A DNA stretch of 57,913 bases, counting the filler, from Dimargaris cristalligena (taxonomy: Eukaryota), in the NCBI GenBank assembly GCA_003614675.1. It is 3 parts of 3 records of this genome, joined end to end, with 100 filler letters (N's around TTAATTAATTAA, not from the genome) between each part and the next. Parts side by side here need not be neighbours in the genome. Positions count along the whole stretch, not along the records: positions 19,360 to 38,593 come from ML002733.1; positions 38,694 to 57,913 come from ML002734.1; 1 more part is not named here. One strand, written 5' to 3'. The notes beneath the pieces are model-generated. The model searched no databases, was not told the origin of the DNA, and saw only the letters and a list, made by a program, of their open reading frames with translations. Position numbers and translations under genes: made by a program. Shown here piece after piece: positions 38,552 through 52,062 of the stretch; positions within the stretch are counted from its first letter, which is position 1; every line of letters begins with the position of its first letter.

Positions 38552-38592
38552 GGGAGGGGATGTTACCGAAGTAGTGGTCCTCCATCTGCTGG
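38545..38592 (-). other. Inverted copy of 38144-38191 at the contig end (probable amplification/assembly chimera)
   Basis: Exact 48-bp reverse complement, joined through what appears to be a short microhomology (AGCACGC). Confidence 0.9.
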
Positions 38593-38593
38593 A

Positions 38594-38693
38594 NNNNNNN
38601 NNNNNNNNNNNNNNNNNNNNNNNNNNNNNNNNNNNNNTTAATTAATTAANNNNNNNNNNNNNNNNNNNNNNNNNNNNNNNNNNNNNNNNNNNN
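38594..38693. other. Artificial contig spacer
   Basis: 44 N + TTAATTAATTAA + 44 N. Confidence 0.99.
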
Positions 38694-38748
38694 GACTGTA
38701 GTTTCTAAAGATATCTCTAGGTCCCTGGTTCAAATCCGGGTTCTCGGA
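38694..38748 (+). tRNA. tRNA-Tyr(GTA), 5'-truncated, with an ~11-nt intron
   Basis: Anticodon loop CTGTAG, short intron, then ATCTCT-AGGTC-CCTGG-TTCAAAT-CCGGG-TTCTCGG-A (T-arm with GTTCAA B-box, acceptor 3' strand, discriminator A). Confidence 0.88.
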
Positions 38749-38752
38749 CGCC

Positions 38753-38766
38753 TTTTTTATTTTTTT
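38753..38766 (+). terminator. Pol III oligo-T terminator of the tRNA
   Basis: TTTTTTATTTTTTT 4 nt after the discriminator base. Confidence 0.75.
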
Positions 38767-38911
38767 AAACCGGATTCTCTAATTTTGATAATCGTGTGGT
38801 CAATTGTAGTCTAAACAAATAGAAAAATTCATGAAACTCTAATTTTGGATAAATTGATGCATGATAATCTGTATGGGGCGACATAAATTTTTTTTTTAGC
38901 ATACTTCATAT

Positions 38912-39047
38912 GGGAAAAATTCAACCAGGCTGCATAACGATAAATCCGTTGGATGTGGCAAAAATCACTGGTTATAAATGAATCTCTCACATATTTCCCC
39001 ATACGTGCATCATTCAAAAGCTTATACAGCTGCACTGAATTCCACCC
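38912..39047 (+). mobile_element. 136-bp MITE-like element, copy B
   Basis: TIRs GGGAAAAATTCAACCAGGCTGCATAA...TTATACAGCTGCACTGAATTCCACCC with ATAT flanks. Same length as copy A and gap-free colinear with it. Confidence 0.75.
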
Positions 39048-39959
39048 ATATGCCAATTTAAAGATTAGTAGTTTACTGGCATCAGGTAGTCGGTTGTTTT
39101 ATTGAGGAAAAACAAAAATATGGCATAGATTTTTATAGCCAAACAAACTAAGAGTGTAAACGCAGGGCCAGCTGGGAGTATTCTGGAAGACCTGGGTATA
39201 AGATGGAACCTAAGGATAGTGAGGAGTGAAGGGTGGTTAACAATATGGGAGAGCTGAACAGACCAATAAGGGCGGTAGGAATGTCAGAATGGTGGTAGCA
39301 CCTTTGGCGATTCGATTTACACGCCCCATTAACATAACTAGGTCATGGCTATAACTAGAGTACGAATAGAGCGGGGTTCGCTTTAAACACTTTAATGATT
39401 AAGTATAATACAAATGGTAATAATCATAATCCACCAAGAAAGGTATGCTAGTGACTAACTTATAGAGTATTAGCATCTCTGCTCCTTCTGTAGAGTTTCA
39501 CACATGATACACCTGACAATCCATCTGGCCTGTATATTATATACAGAATACTCGCCAATAATGGCAACGCCCTTTAAGTGACGTCTACAATCGCTTAATT
39601 TGATATATCTAGGCGTAGTGTGCCATAGATTTTATAAAAAATATAACGAACAAGGCTCGAAAATAAGGAATTACCAAAGCTCTTATCCAATCTATCAATA
39701 ATTGATAAGTCGGACTCACCTCGTGTGTATCGAGGCATTTGGTACGCCATTACTAATCCCCCTATTTGTTCTGGAAGGCCAGATACGCTTAATGCACGGC
39801 AAAAGCTTAGCCATATAGCTAGAAAAATAACGCGGATTTATTTACTAAAGTGGGCAATAAATCCTGCCAATATTGGTTTAGAACCTTACTCCCACTTGAT
39901 TTAAAACCACGAGTAAGAAAGAACAACCAGTCGCAATAGAGGAATCGATTTTCGGGGGC

Positions 39960-41604
39960 TTATTTAATGGTTCCCTTAGTTACGCTCTTGACGGTACAGA
40001 TACCGGCGTCAGTCTTGAGCAAATGGGCGACACCCTCGGGGCTCTGGTACAGGGCCTGGCGGGATTCATCAGTGAGAAGGCCGGGCTGGATGGTTTCCCA
40101 GATCTTCTTCTTGGGGTTAAGCACGGCCTCGGGTTCACCGGTGGCGAATCCTTCGAAGTAGACCTTTTGGCCGGGTTGGCTACCCTGGGGGGGTTCGACG
40201 AATTCCACGGTGTTACCGTCGGCCGACGAAGCGCAGAGCACCATGGCGAACGACTTGACACCGCGCATAGCCACGGGCTTCAAGTTGCACACGCACACCA
40301 CCTCCCGACCCTGCATGTCCTCCAGGGGAATGAATTTGACCAGACCCGACACAACGGTACGGGGTTCCTCCTCGCCCAGGTCAATCTTTTCGACGTAAAG
40401 GGAATCGGCATCGGGGTGCTTTCCACACTCAATAATCTTACCCACCCGGAGGTCGATCTGGGAGGGCACAATGGGCTTGGGTTCGTTGGCCGGCTTAGCC
40501 TTGGGCTTAGCGGACCCCTCGCCCTTGGCCTTCTTTTCCTTTTTGCTCTGCTTCTTGTCACCAGCGGCAGCACCGTCGGCAGCAGGAGTCGAGGCGGCGG
40601 CGGTGGTCTTGTTATCCGACTTGGCAGATTCGGCGGCAGGGGCAGCGTTTTCCTTGGGGGCGTTGAGATCAATTGGGACCTGGCTTAGACCCACACTCTT
40701 CAGGACGGCCTCGGGAATGGAGTGTTGGATGAGATCAAACCAACGGACGAGGTTGCAGAAGGTGATTTGCTTGGGGCGGGAGAGGGCGGCGATCCAGGCG
40801 TGGATGTTGGCAAAAGCGATAATATCGGCCACGGAAAAAGAGTTGTTGACCAGGTAGGTGTTATTGGCCAGTTCGTCGTTGGCCTCCTGGGCGTACAGGG
40901 TACGATCAGCGGCGTTGCGGCTACGGGCGGAGGCAGTCACCCACTGGTGCACGAGAGCACTTTCGACGTCGGTGCGGCCCAGAAGGTCAAGGCGCCCGGC
41001 TTTCTCGCACAGGTACAAGGCCAGGGCATCGGCCCCCTCGACAGTCTCACCGGAACCGATGGTGAGCTTAGAGAGCTGACGGGTCACGGCACGGGTAGGG
41101 GAAATGGATAGGTGGGCGAGGCCACGATGGAGGGCAAACATATTGAAATAGGGATATAATAGGATAGGTAGGAGGAATGAGGAATGAGGAATGAGGAAAT
41201 CAATTTTTAAAAAATAAAATGAACGGAGATTCAAAGACCCGGGGGATTGGTGGAGGCTTCGGGGCTCAACCTAAGCCTTGAGATTAAGCGCTATGGGGTG
41301 AATCGGTGGGCTTCGGCTGAAACCGTTTAAGTACTATGCGATTGGAATGGACTGGTCAAGGTGAATCTTGCGCAATATATAGAGCTAGCAGTCTTTTACC
41401 GTTGGCTTAGCTGGCAGCGTGAAATTCTCATTCCCTTACATTCCAGTTCCCCGGGGCACTTCCCACCCAGATATCACTGCTACTTACATCGTGCTCCACC
41501 GAAGCGGTCTGGACGTCGACTTCCTTGAGGGCATCCCCGAGGTAGCCAATGACGAGTTTAAGGCTGAGGTCGGAGTCCTTCACTTCAACTTGGTGGGAAG
41601 CCAT
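39960..41604 (-). CDS. ARC1: Arc1-like aminoacyl-tRNA synthetase cofactor (GST-like domain + EMAPII/Trbp111 tRNA-binding domain); exons 41604-41488 and 41075-39960
   Basis: GST_C-like segment (TYLVNNSFSVADI...RWFDLIQ), Lys-rich linker, then IDLRVGKI..HPDADSLYVEKIDLGEEEPRTVVSGLV..NLKPVAMRGVKS. Upstream exon MASHQVEVKD...VEHD|GTAAGT splices in phase to CAG|LSKL. Confidence 0.92.
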
Positions 41605-42032
41605 AGTGTCGATAAAGGGTTAATCTGTTAAAAGAAATAATAAAACAGAGGTAAAAAAAGACCGGGAAGTAGTGGTGGAGATGTCAAATAAGACAAAGCG
41701 GAACCAAGAGCAAGTGAGGGGAGGGAAGTACCACGGGCTAAGCGACTAGGTCGAATATATTGAGCGTGAAACCAAAGGCTGGCATGGATTTTTTTAGGCT
41801 GATGGACTACTTAGCACACATATGCGCATAGCATACACTCTGGCCAAGTCGAAAGGACTGAAAGGGGTAATACTTCCCTTGGAAACCGCCACCCCCCCCT
41901 ATTTCAGGACATGCGGGGAATGTTCTTTCCCAGTAGTCCCAACCGAGTCTAGTTCCAGACCAGTCGCCCTTCCTCATTCTACTCTTCTTCTCATTTTGCC
42001 GTATATTCCACCAAAGTCCTTTTACTAACACC

Positions 42033-45000
42033 ATGGCCCTGTCCCTTCCCAGCCGTCGCCAAGTCCTAAAACGACTCTGGCATATGTCCCCTAATATCGT
42101 CGACGATGCCCGCCACGAGAAGATCCTGTCGTACCTCACCTCCGATATCCAGCAGGCCCCCGTCCTTGGCGAGTGGTTGGCCGATGAGGCCCCTCTCGAC
42201 TGGTGCCAGGTAAGCTCCTCCTCTCCGCACCACTGCTGCACTATTCCCCTATGCCCAGTTGACTCGCTGAAAACCAGCCGCCCAATTGTATATTATCAAT
42301 TACACCAATATTACACCGGGCCACTCACTAATCGATAGGCTTGCTTGATTTCCCGTGCGTAAAAACACACCTTACCATGGTCCAGGAATGCATAACCGGG
42401 CAAAAAGATGAGCGTATTTGGAGCGTGGCCCTACGCTTCGTCGGACAATTGGTCGGCGCGGCTACCCGAACCGAGGCCCCGTCCGTATTTCCATCATTGC
42501 GGGAACGAGTGCCCCAGCTATTTCAGTTCTTTAACGAGCAACTGGCCGGTTCGGTTACATCACCCCGAGTCCGCTACGCTTGCCTTCAGGCATTGGCTGA
42601 CATGATCATTGACCCGGCAGCCCTACAATGGTACACTGGTCGTCTTTTCGCATTGAATTATCTGCCTAGTATTGGGTTGTTATTTGGGGCCAAGTGCTAT
42701 TTCGTGTAATTCTATTGAACGATTCGGCGATTACGAAAGGTTGGGACCTACCCTCCAAACCGGCTAGATTTCCGATAACCTCTAATGACCGAGTATCTAT
42801 GACATGCATATATTATATCCCCTACTAGGTTCTGCGCTTGGCACGCCAGTATACCGGCCATGATGTTCGGTTTCCGCCACTCCTCTTTCTATGTAAGCAC
42901 AGTTTGTACATTCTACTTGATTAAAACGGGATTACACCATGGACTCAGAATTTCCGTCAATTAGCCATCACTGATGACCCCTTTATTCATGCGAGCGGGC
43001 ACCAGATGGTTTAGGGTATGAAGAAAGTAACCTAACCTAATATACCCAATGCCTTTCTATGCGAACCTATTTCCATAAACAGACCGTCCAAGCCACCTGT
43101 CGCTTAGCTCAGCGCATCTTAAGCCAGATGGAGAAGATTTCGGCATCCAATAGTATGGATAATATCGAGGGTCCCTCCACCACGACCCGTTGGATCCAGT
43201 GGCGTGCGAATTTAGGCGCCACCATTCAAAGGGAACTGGACGAACGCACCACTTCACCCTTTGCGATCAAGCGGTTCCGGAACGAACCCCCGGCCTACGT
43301 TTTCGAATTAATCTGGACCTTGGCAGCGGCCCGGGACTACGTCTGCCTGGCCTTTATTCAGACCGCCGGATTGCTTCGGGCAACCACCGTGCAGGGGTGG
43401 CTCCAACTCCCCCAACGTATGCACCGAAGCCAACTCATGGCCATCCTTACCAGCTTACTGGACATACTGGAGGACGAACCGGGGCTGATTCCTCTACTCC
43501 AAAGTGGCACTGACTCGGGGTCGTCGGATCCACAGCCCCATTCCCACTACCTGTGGGATACCTTGGTGACCAAGACCCTTGCCGGGGAACTTCCCCTACT
43601 CCCGGCGTTCCAGACTGCCCTGGAAGCAGCTAAACTATGTCTCCAATGGAGCCGGACGCAGTCGGATCCGGCCAACCGACTTTGGGTACAGTCTCAGCTG
43701 AGCGATTTGCTGCTCACGGTTGAGCAGGGATTTACTGCCTGGGTAGCAGCAGGTACAGCGGGCAACCCAACCACCGCCTCTAATTCGGGGCCGGATCCAC
43801 TTGCCAAGGCCCTTCTCAGTCAACTCCAAGATAGCAAACAGTCGCGCGGTGCCAAACGGAGTGTCTTTACGGCCTGGGTATCTACCACGGCGGCCATTAT
43901 CACTGATCATACCCGTGCGCCCGGCGAAACTCAGGAAGAGGCATTTCCCGGCTTAGCCAGCCGATTCGCCAATCTTCTACAGGTAGCCCAAAGTGAACTG
44001 GTTCACCCCGAACGGCAAGTCACCATCCAACTGCTTGATCTGGCCGACTCGATTGTGCAGCAAACGGCACGTGATACTACTATTGATGATGGGGCCCCTC
44101 GGTGCACGCTCTACCCGTCGATTGAAGCCTTTCTACTCCGACTTCTGGATAGTGCAACGCCGGGGTGCTGTGGCCTAGTGGCCCAGCGTGCGTTCGCTTT
44201 GGGCGCTGCCATCTTAGCCCGTCGCCATCCCAGCGTAGTAGCGACTTCTCCCCACCAGTCAACCGGAACTCTCGAGCGCTGCCTTATGGAATCCGTACAT
44301 ATTAGATTCGCCGACGAGCGCTGGGAAATGAAAGATGCCTGTGCCACCTTAATCCGCCGTTTGGTGGAAGAACCCATCCTCCCTATTACTCCCCCACCCG
44401 GATCCAAAGTGGAGAGTGGGAAGCAGATGACTAGTAGTGGTAGTTTAGCCTACCTTATTCCCCAATATGATTTGGTGTCGCCTCTACTGGCCATGACCGG
44501 GGACGCCGAGCCGTATGCCCGTATGAGTGCCCTCGATACACTGACTTACTTGATCCATCCGGCTAGTTCAGCATTCGAGCAAGAACTTAATTCAGCAGCC
44601 CCTACTACAGTGAACCGTTTAAGCAGTAATAGTAGTAGTAGTAATACTATCGCCCCCTTCTTAATGCAGCGCCTGGCTGATACTTGGGATCACGCCACAT
44701 GGTTCACTTTACTCACTGATAGTGAAGCCTTTGTCCGTCGAGCCACGGTAGACCTGATCCAGACATTAATCGAGAAGTACCCCGCCATTACCCCATTCAT
44801 TGTACTGCAACCGGTGGTTCGCTGTTTAACGCCATCTATGCTACGTTCACTCATTGATGATTCGGATTACGAGGTTCGAGTTCGGGCCTGCCAACTCGTG
44901 TATCTATTGTGGTTCGTAATATCTGTTGGTCCCATCGAAGAAACCATCACGCAGTATACCCGATTTACATCAGACGCCTCATCCCTACCACTGGCAGCGA

Positions 45001-45764
45001 ACGACTGTCCATCGGAGCGGCTGTTTCAGTCCCTTGTTCCCCGCTGGCCATCCCCATCTGACCTGGCGCCCTGCCAGCATCCAACAGACACTTCGTCCGC
45101 ATCGGGGAAGTCTGTGTCGTCACCAACGTCTACCCTTCCGTATCCCCCACCGGGTCTGCACTGCCCCTACTGTTTGCGGATTGACAGTCTACTCATCCAG
45201 GCCACCCAGGACTCGTCCCGTTTTGTTCGGGCCCGGGCCGCTCACTGTCTCCACCGACTTCAAACTATATTAGGCACCTGGTTGGCCGGTCCGCCGGCAG
45301 CTACCGAACCCCCACCGCCGAAAAGCGAGCCGACCCCGCCGACCCAGGGGCTCCACGGCTGCTCGTTTGCCAAGGAACGAGATACCCCTAGTAGTAGTGA
45401 TAAGAACGCTGAGGAACATACTGCTGCTGATGATGATGATGATGATGATGATGCTGCTGCAAACGGCAATACCGGAGAGGCTCAACATGCGATGGAGGTG
45501 TGCACATGGTGTCAAACGGGGGAGGCCCTTCGAAACTGCCACCAGCGGTTCTACCGCAAGATTCAGGATATGGACTTTGATCGATTGTGGGCCACCACCT
45601 CGTGCGAACACCTCTACCATGAGGCCATTGAGTCCGACTTTCGGTTCGACAAGGGTGATGGTCCGGATGGTAGGGTGCCCGGTGGAGATGCGGTGGAAAT
45701 CAAAATGGATATGGTGGAAACTGAAGCCGAAAACTGTGGTAATAATATCCTCGATTGCTACTAA
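42033..45764 (+). CDS. BRAT1: BRAT1-like HEAT/ARM-repeat protein; exons 42033-42209, 42386-42630, 42829-42892, 43083-45764
   Basis: N-terminal VDDARHEKILSY (cf. DDxxxEKLL), SSFY|TV, HEAT motifs DERWEMKD, DAEPYAR, DSEAFVRRA, DSDYEVR, and C-terminal LDCY. Three phase-consistent GT-AG introns. Confidence 0.82.
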
Positions 45765-46159
45765 ACTAAGGCTGGTGCTTCTTCAAAGATACCGCAGTTC
45801 CACATTGTCTACCTGAAAGGTACGTCTAAAATAAAGTTAGGTCTTCGTCTTAATATTGATTTACCCTTAAAGAGATCTTGCTCGCAATTCAAAAGGAACA
45901 AAAGCCAGAATATGGCTGGGCTGATTTCATCCATGTTTCAAGACCCCGCAAATAAAAAGTGGCGACTTGGTCATAACAATAGTACACTCATGGGCATATT
46001 TTTATTATGATAAAGGAAAACTATGGCCAGCAAACCAACCAGGGTGGAGATTATGCATGGTGTATATATTCCATGATAAGGGATAATGGTTGTAGCCTAG
46101 TAAATCATTTTAGGGACTGCTACAAGCGGAACAAGCGAAAGACAGGTTATCCGACCAAT

Positions 46160-48045
46160 TTACAAGATCTCTTCAATGACGTGGATGTTCTCCTTCTCGA
46201 GCAGTTCCATGATGGGGTCGTTGATGACGGGGTCCATAGGGGCAATCACACCGGTTTGGGTGATCTTACCGTCAAGAATGAGCTGTACGGCAATACCACA
46301 GGGCACACCGACGGTCTTGGCCATGGCCATGACACCGTTGGGTTCACCGTATTCGAGCAGGGTGGAGGTACGGGTCTGTTTGGTACCGTCCTTCAGCACA
46401 CACTCGAAGCGATGCTGAAGGATGATCATGTCACGTTCGCTGGGTCCGTACATCATCTTGTCTTCCAGGGCGGCGCACAGCACGTCCAGGTAAGTACCAC
46501 GTTTGGCGATGAGCTTATCGGAGAACAGACCCAACCACTTCATGCCGTGGATGATACGCTCCTTCTCGCCGGCATCCTCGATGGCGAAACGGTCGGAAAC
46601 GGCCTTTTCGAAATCCTCCTGGCTCAGGGTCTTGAGCTTAGTGGCATCAATGTCGACGAGCTGGGCCAGAAGTTGTTTCCAGGGCATATCAGCGGCACTG
46701 GAGGCCAGGAAATCGCGTTCAGTGTCATCGAGGAACCCCAGATCGACCAGGGCCTTGACGAACTCGCAGAAACCCTCGTAGCGCAGACTGCCACGGAGCA
46801 CAGTGTGGGCCTCGGGCATCTGGTAGCGCTCGGGGTAGGGGGTGGAGTCGCGGTTAGCGTAACCTACCAGGGCGAAGGCGGGATAGACGTGGATACGTTT
46901 AGCCGAATTCATGAGATCCTTACCGGACACCTCGACGACCTCGCCATTTTCGAGGTAGCGGGCGGTGTTGCGGAGGGCCAGGAGCACACCACGGGAGGAC
47001 CAGCTGAATTTGTAACCTAGGGGGTTGTTGGAGCACTCGGGGGCTGGCAGACCACCGCAGTAGGACAGGAAGGAAACGACCTTGCCGCCTTCAGCCTGCA
47101 CTTCACGGATGGTCTTGATGGCGTACAGGTGGTCGATACCGGGGTCCAGGCCGATTTCGTTCATGACGATCACGCCGGCATCCTTGGCGGCGGCGTCGTA
47201 CTCCATCATGGCGGGAGAGACGTAGCTAGTGGTAACTACGTTCTTCTTGCTCTTGATGGCGGACTTGATCACCTTGGCGTGCTGGGTGTAGGGGATCAGA
47301 CTGATGACCAGGTCGTGGTCGGCAACCAGAGCGTCGAAGGCGGCCTCATCCGAGATGTCGAATGAAGTGGCGGTAGCCTGAGGGAACTGTTTGGCCAAGG
47401 CCTGGGCGTTTTCTAGGCTACGGCTCGCTAAGAAGTAGACAGTATCCGTGCGGGGGGGGTGATAAAATACATAGAAATAAGGGAGGTTAGGCGGTCATAC
47501 AGGGTCTGGTGGAATATTCAGCAATATATTTGGTTGCATCAGTATCTTTCGAGTGGATGGAGTACCTACCGATAGTGAGTTTGTTTTCGGGGCGACGCAC
47601 AAGGTACTCGGCGCAGGGGCCAGCCACGAAGCCGGAGCCCAGGAGCAGGATTTTGCTACGTAATGGTGAAGAGTCGAGTTTTGGTGCATTAGGTAGTCAT
47701 TTATACATTATTATATATATATAGAAATAAGTCACGTCAGTGAAATCCATGGTATACTAGAGGTGGCTGGAAGGGAAGTCACAGGAGAATCTACAGTCAC
47801 CCTATACAGGTGGTATACCGAAACAGTCGATGGCGCGCCCTGATCTCGAAGAAACTACGGGAAGGAGCATGTAAGGTGGCCTCCCGGTACCTCCAAATGG
47901 GACAGGGAGTCGGACTCTTGTCCGAGGATAAGGGTCTGATGGACCCCAAGCAGACACTCGTTCAATCTAGAAACTCTACTATAGTACCAAAACAAGACAG
48001 TCTGGGGTTATACCAGGGGAGGAAGACTTACCGATCAGCAACCAT
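46160..48045 (-). CDS. LYS9: Saccharopine dehydrogenase (NADP+, L-glutamate-forming; saccharopine reductase); exons 48045-48032, 47655-47570, 47427-46160
   Basis: Spliced start MVADR|KILLLGSGFVAGP...TIA|SRSLE and motifs VISLIPY, VTTSY, NEIGLDPGIDHLYA, SYCGGLP, PLGYKFSWS, AMAKTVG. Confidence 0.96.
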
Positions 48046-48328
48046 GGTGGGGTATTTGGAGTTTGAAATTACAAAGGAACAAAAGGACAGTCACATAAGC
48101 TATCAAAGCGAGTGGAAGGCGCCTTAAAAGCAAGAAACAGAGGAGAGGAGGGACGAAGGGATAGGAAGGAGTGAGTCGCCTGTGTGACTCGGCTGAGAGG
48201 GGCGTGCCGGAGTGGCTATATATATATACAATTATTACCCTTAATGCGCCCACGGGGCTATTTGCGGGAGAGTATACACGTTGAAGCGGGCGAATATAGC
48301 TTAGCTAATGCGAGAGGGTAGGGTGGGG

Positions 48329-48355
48329 TATATGCGCAGGCCTTATCTGACTCAT
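48329..48355. promoter_or_regulatory. LYS9 upstream element cluster: TATATGCGC, GATA site (CTTATC) and Gcn4/CpcA-type TGACTCA
   Basis: TGACTCA at 48348-48354 and CTTATC at 48342-48347, about 300 bp upstream of the ATG. TGACTC-type partial sites near 48172 and 48185; TA run at about 48218. Confidence 0.5.
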
Positions 48356-49044
48356 TTAGGTGAGCCGATTGGCCTGGCTTGGACCAGCCAGTCGAACTCC
48401 CCGCGCCATTCGCACACTTAAATGATGTCACTATCCCACTGGGCTAGGGCATCAGTGAATATCGGATGATATCAGGCAAAGGAGATGGTGGCTCCCCCTG
48501 GGTTTACTAAAGAGTGGCATTTAGATGTGCGGGCTCCCGTTGGCCCAGAGTAATAACTAACTACTACTGATGGAGACTACTTTGATACCGCCACTAACAT
48601 TAGAGGGGGGGTATGTGGCACACACTCACCACACAGAGATTATAAGATATTCTTGTTATTTTTACCATAATACTGATGGTAACTCCAAGACCAGTCTGAA
48701 CAGATTACCAACTACTATTATGCCAGCCAAAAAGTCTAATTAACGAAAGATGATCGGCGATACCGAGTAACTATGGCATGGGTAACTCGCCATAAGCCAC
48801 TATTGCAGAGTCTTTAGCACCTATATTATTAAATTTGAACCAGGCGACCTAAACACCAAGGCCATTTACCAACTAGTACAACTAGGAATCAAGAGGCGAC
48901 TGGAGGGATTAGCAATGCAGAACAAGCAAGGCCCTTTTTTTATATTGGCTAATATCCACTTATACAGTTAACCTTTTTTCCCACTTTGGCGTATTTACTT
49001 CCTCTTTGGAAACCGCATTCTCATAACCACTTCCTACCCATTGA

Positions 49045-50760
<1,716 letters not shown>

Positions 50761-51090
50761 GCGGGCCATGTCACACTCCCTTATAGTGGACCGGGCAATT
50801 CCTAATTCGACCGACTCGACATTGTTTTATTATACCCTAGAAGACATACCTTTCGACTGATTAGGCCAAGTCAATGTCCCTTTTTTGTTTTACCTCCATT
50901 TATTCAATGATCGATACCATAATAAACTATAAAGCAGGATCCATGTAATATTTTATTTGGGCAAATCATATAATTATATACATCTGCAAAACAAAATGGG
51001 TTTCATTGATCAGTAAGGGTACGGTACATCCTTATCAGGATATATGTGCTATATATATATATATATAACCCCTCATAATAAGCGGAAGGG

Positions 51091-52062
51091 CTAGAGAGTA
51101 CACCCGAGTAGAATGTTGTCGATCAATCGAGCACTACCTACCCGGAAGGCCCCTGATATAATAGCGCCATCCTCACCGATTTGCTCCAGCTCGTCCAGGG
51201 TTTCCGGGTGAGCCAAGCTGAGGTATTCCAACTGGGCGTCCGGCTGGTCATCAAACACGCGCTGGGCGGCGCCCAAAAGGGCTTCCCGGTTCCGTTCACC
51301 CTGTTGCTCGTACAGGGCTTGCGCTGCGGCCAGACTCCGTTGGAGAGTCAAAGCGGCAGGTATTTGGTCGGGACTTAAGTATTTATTCCGACTACTCAGG
51401 GCCAGCTGGTTAGCCGCGCGCGTGGTGGGAACAGTCACGATTTCCACGGGCAGCAAGAGGTCCCGTACCATGGTTTTGACCACCACGCACTGCTGGGCGT
51501 CCTTTTGGCCGAAATAGGCCCGGTCGGGTTGGACCGCATTGAGCAGTTTTAACACCACGGTGGCCACCCCCCGGAAGAAATGCGGACGGGGATCACCTTC
51601 CATTTGGTGCGACTTACCCAGGACTTCGAGAAAGGTGCCCCGTTGGGCCTGCACGTCCAGGGTAATCCCGCTGGGGTACATTTCGGCGACGGTGGGGGCG
51701 AAGACCACATGGGCCGAAGCCGACGCTGAGACGGAAGCGGGGGAATCCGTTGATCCCGCCGTCGCGGACGGGGGTGGCGATGGTGGTGGTGAACTAAGTA
51801 GGGCCACGTCGCGGTCTAGCGTGCGTGGGTAGGCGTGTAAGTCCTCGTGGGGGGCGAACTGGGCCGGATTCACGAAAATACTCACCACCACCCGGTCGCA
51901 CGACGAGCGGGCTGCGCGCACTAGGTTCAGGTGGCCCTCATGGAGGGCACCCATGGTGGGCACGAAACCAATCGTCCGGCCCTGGAGGACTTGCTCCCGG
52001 CGCCAGGCGCGCAACTCAGCGATACGGTGGAACACCAGAACGGGAGAGCCAGTAGTGGACAT
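51091..52062 (-). CDS. PAN6: Pantoate--beta-alanine ligase (pantothenate synthetase)
   Basis: GFVPTMGALHEGH, SIFVNPAQF, RPHFFRGVATVV, FGQKDAQQ, LALSSRN, RLIDN. Confidence 0.97.
   Translation of the reverse strand: MSTTGSPVLVFHRIAELRAWRREQVLQGRTIGFVPTMGALHEGHLNLVRAARSSCDRVVVSIFVNPAQFAPHEDLHAYPRTLDRDVALLSSPPPSPPPSATAGSTDSPASVSASASAHVVFAPTVAEMYPSGITLDVQAQRGTFLEVLGKSHQMEGDPRPHFFRGVATVVLKLLNAVQPDRAYFGQKDAQQCVVVKTMVRDLLLPVEIVTVPTTRAANQLALSSRNKYLSPDQIPAALTLQRSLAAAQALYEQQGERNREALLGAAQRVFDDQPDAQLEYLSLAHPETLDELEQIGEDGAIISGAFRVGSARLIDNILLGCTL

Noticed and set aside
42339-42385. Apparent frameshift between BRAT1 exons 1 and 2 using the TAG acceptor at 42338
   Set aside because: The CAG acceptor at 42385 restores the frame (WCQ|ECITG).
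46007-47020. 337-aa plus-strand ORF (likewise 37662-38585 and 40023-40688)
   Set aside because: Antisense shadows of LYS9, GSIII and ARC1 with no protein motifs of their own.
1-48045. Apparent nitrogen/amino-acid gene cluster (GLT1, GSIII, LYS9)
   Set aside because: The three genes are on three contigs joined by artificial spacers, apparently in order of length. No linkage can be inferred.
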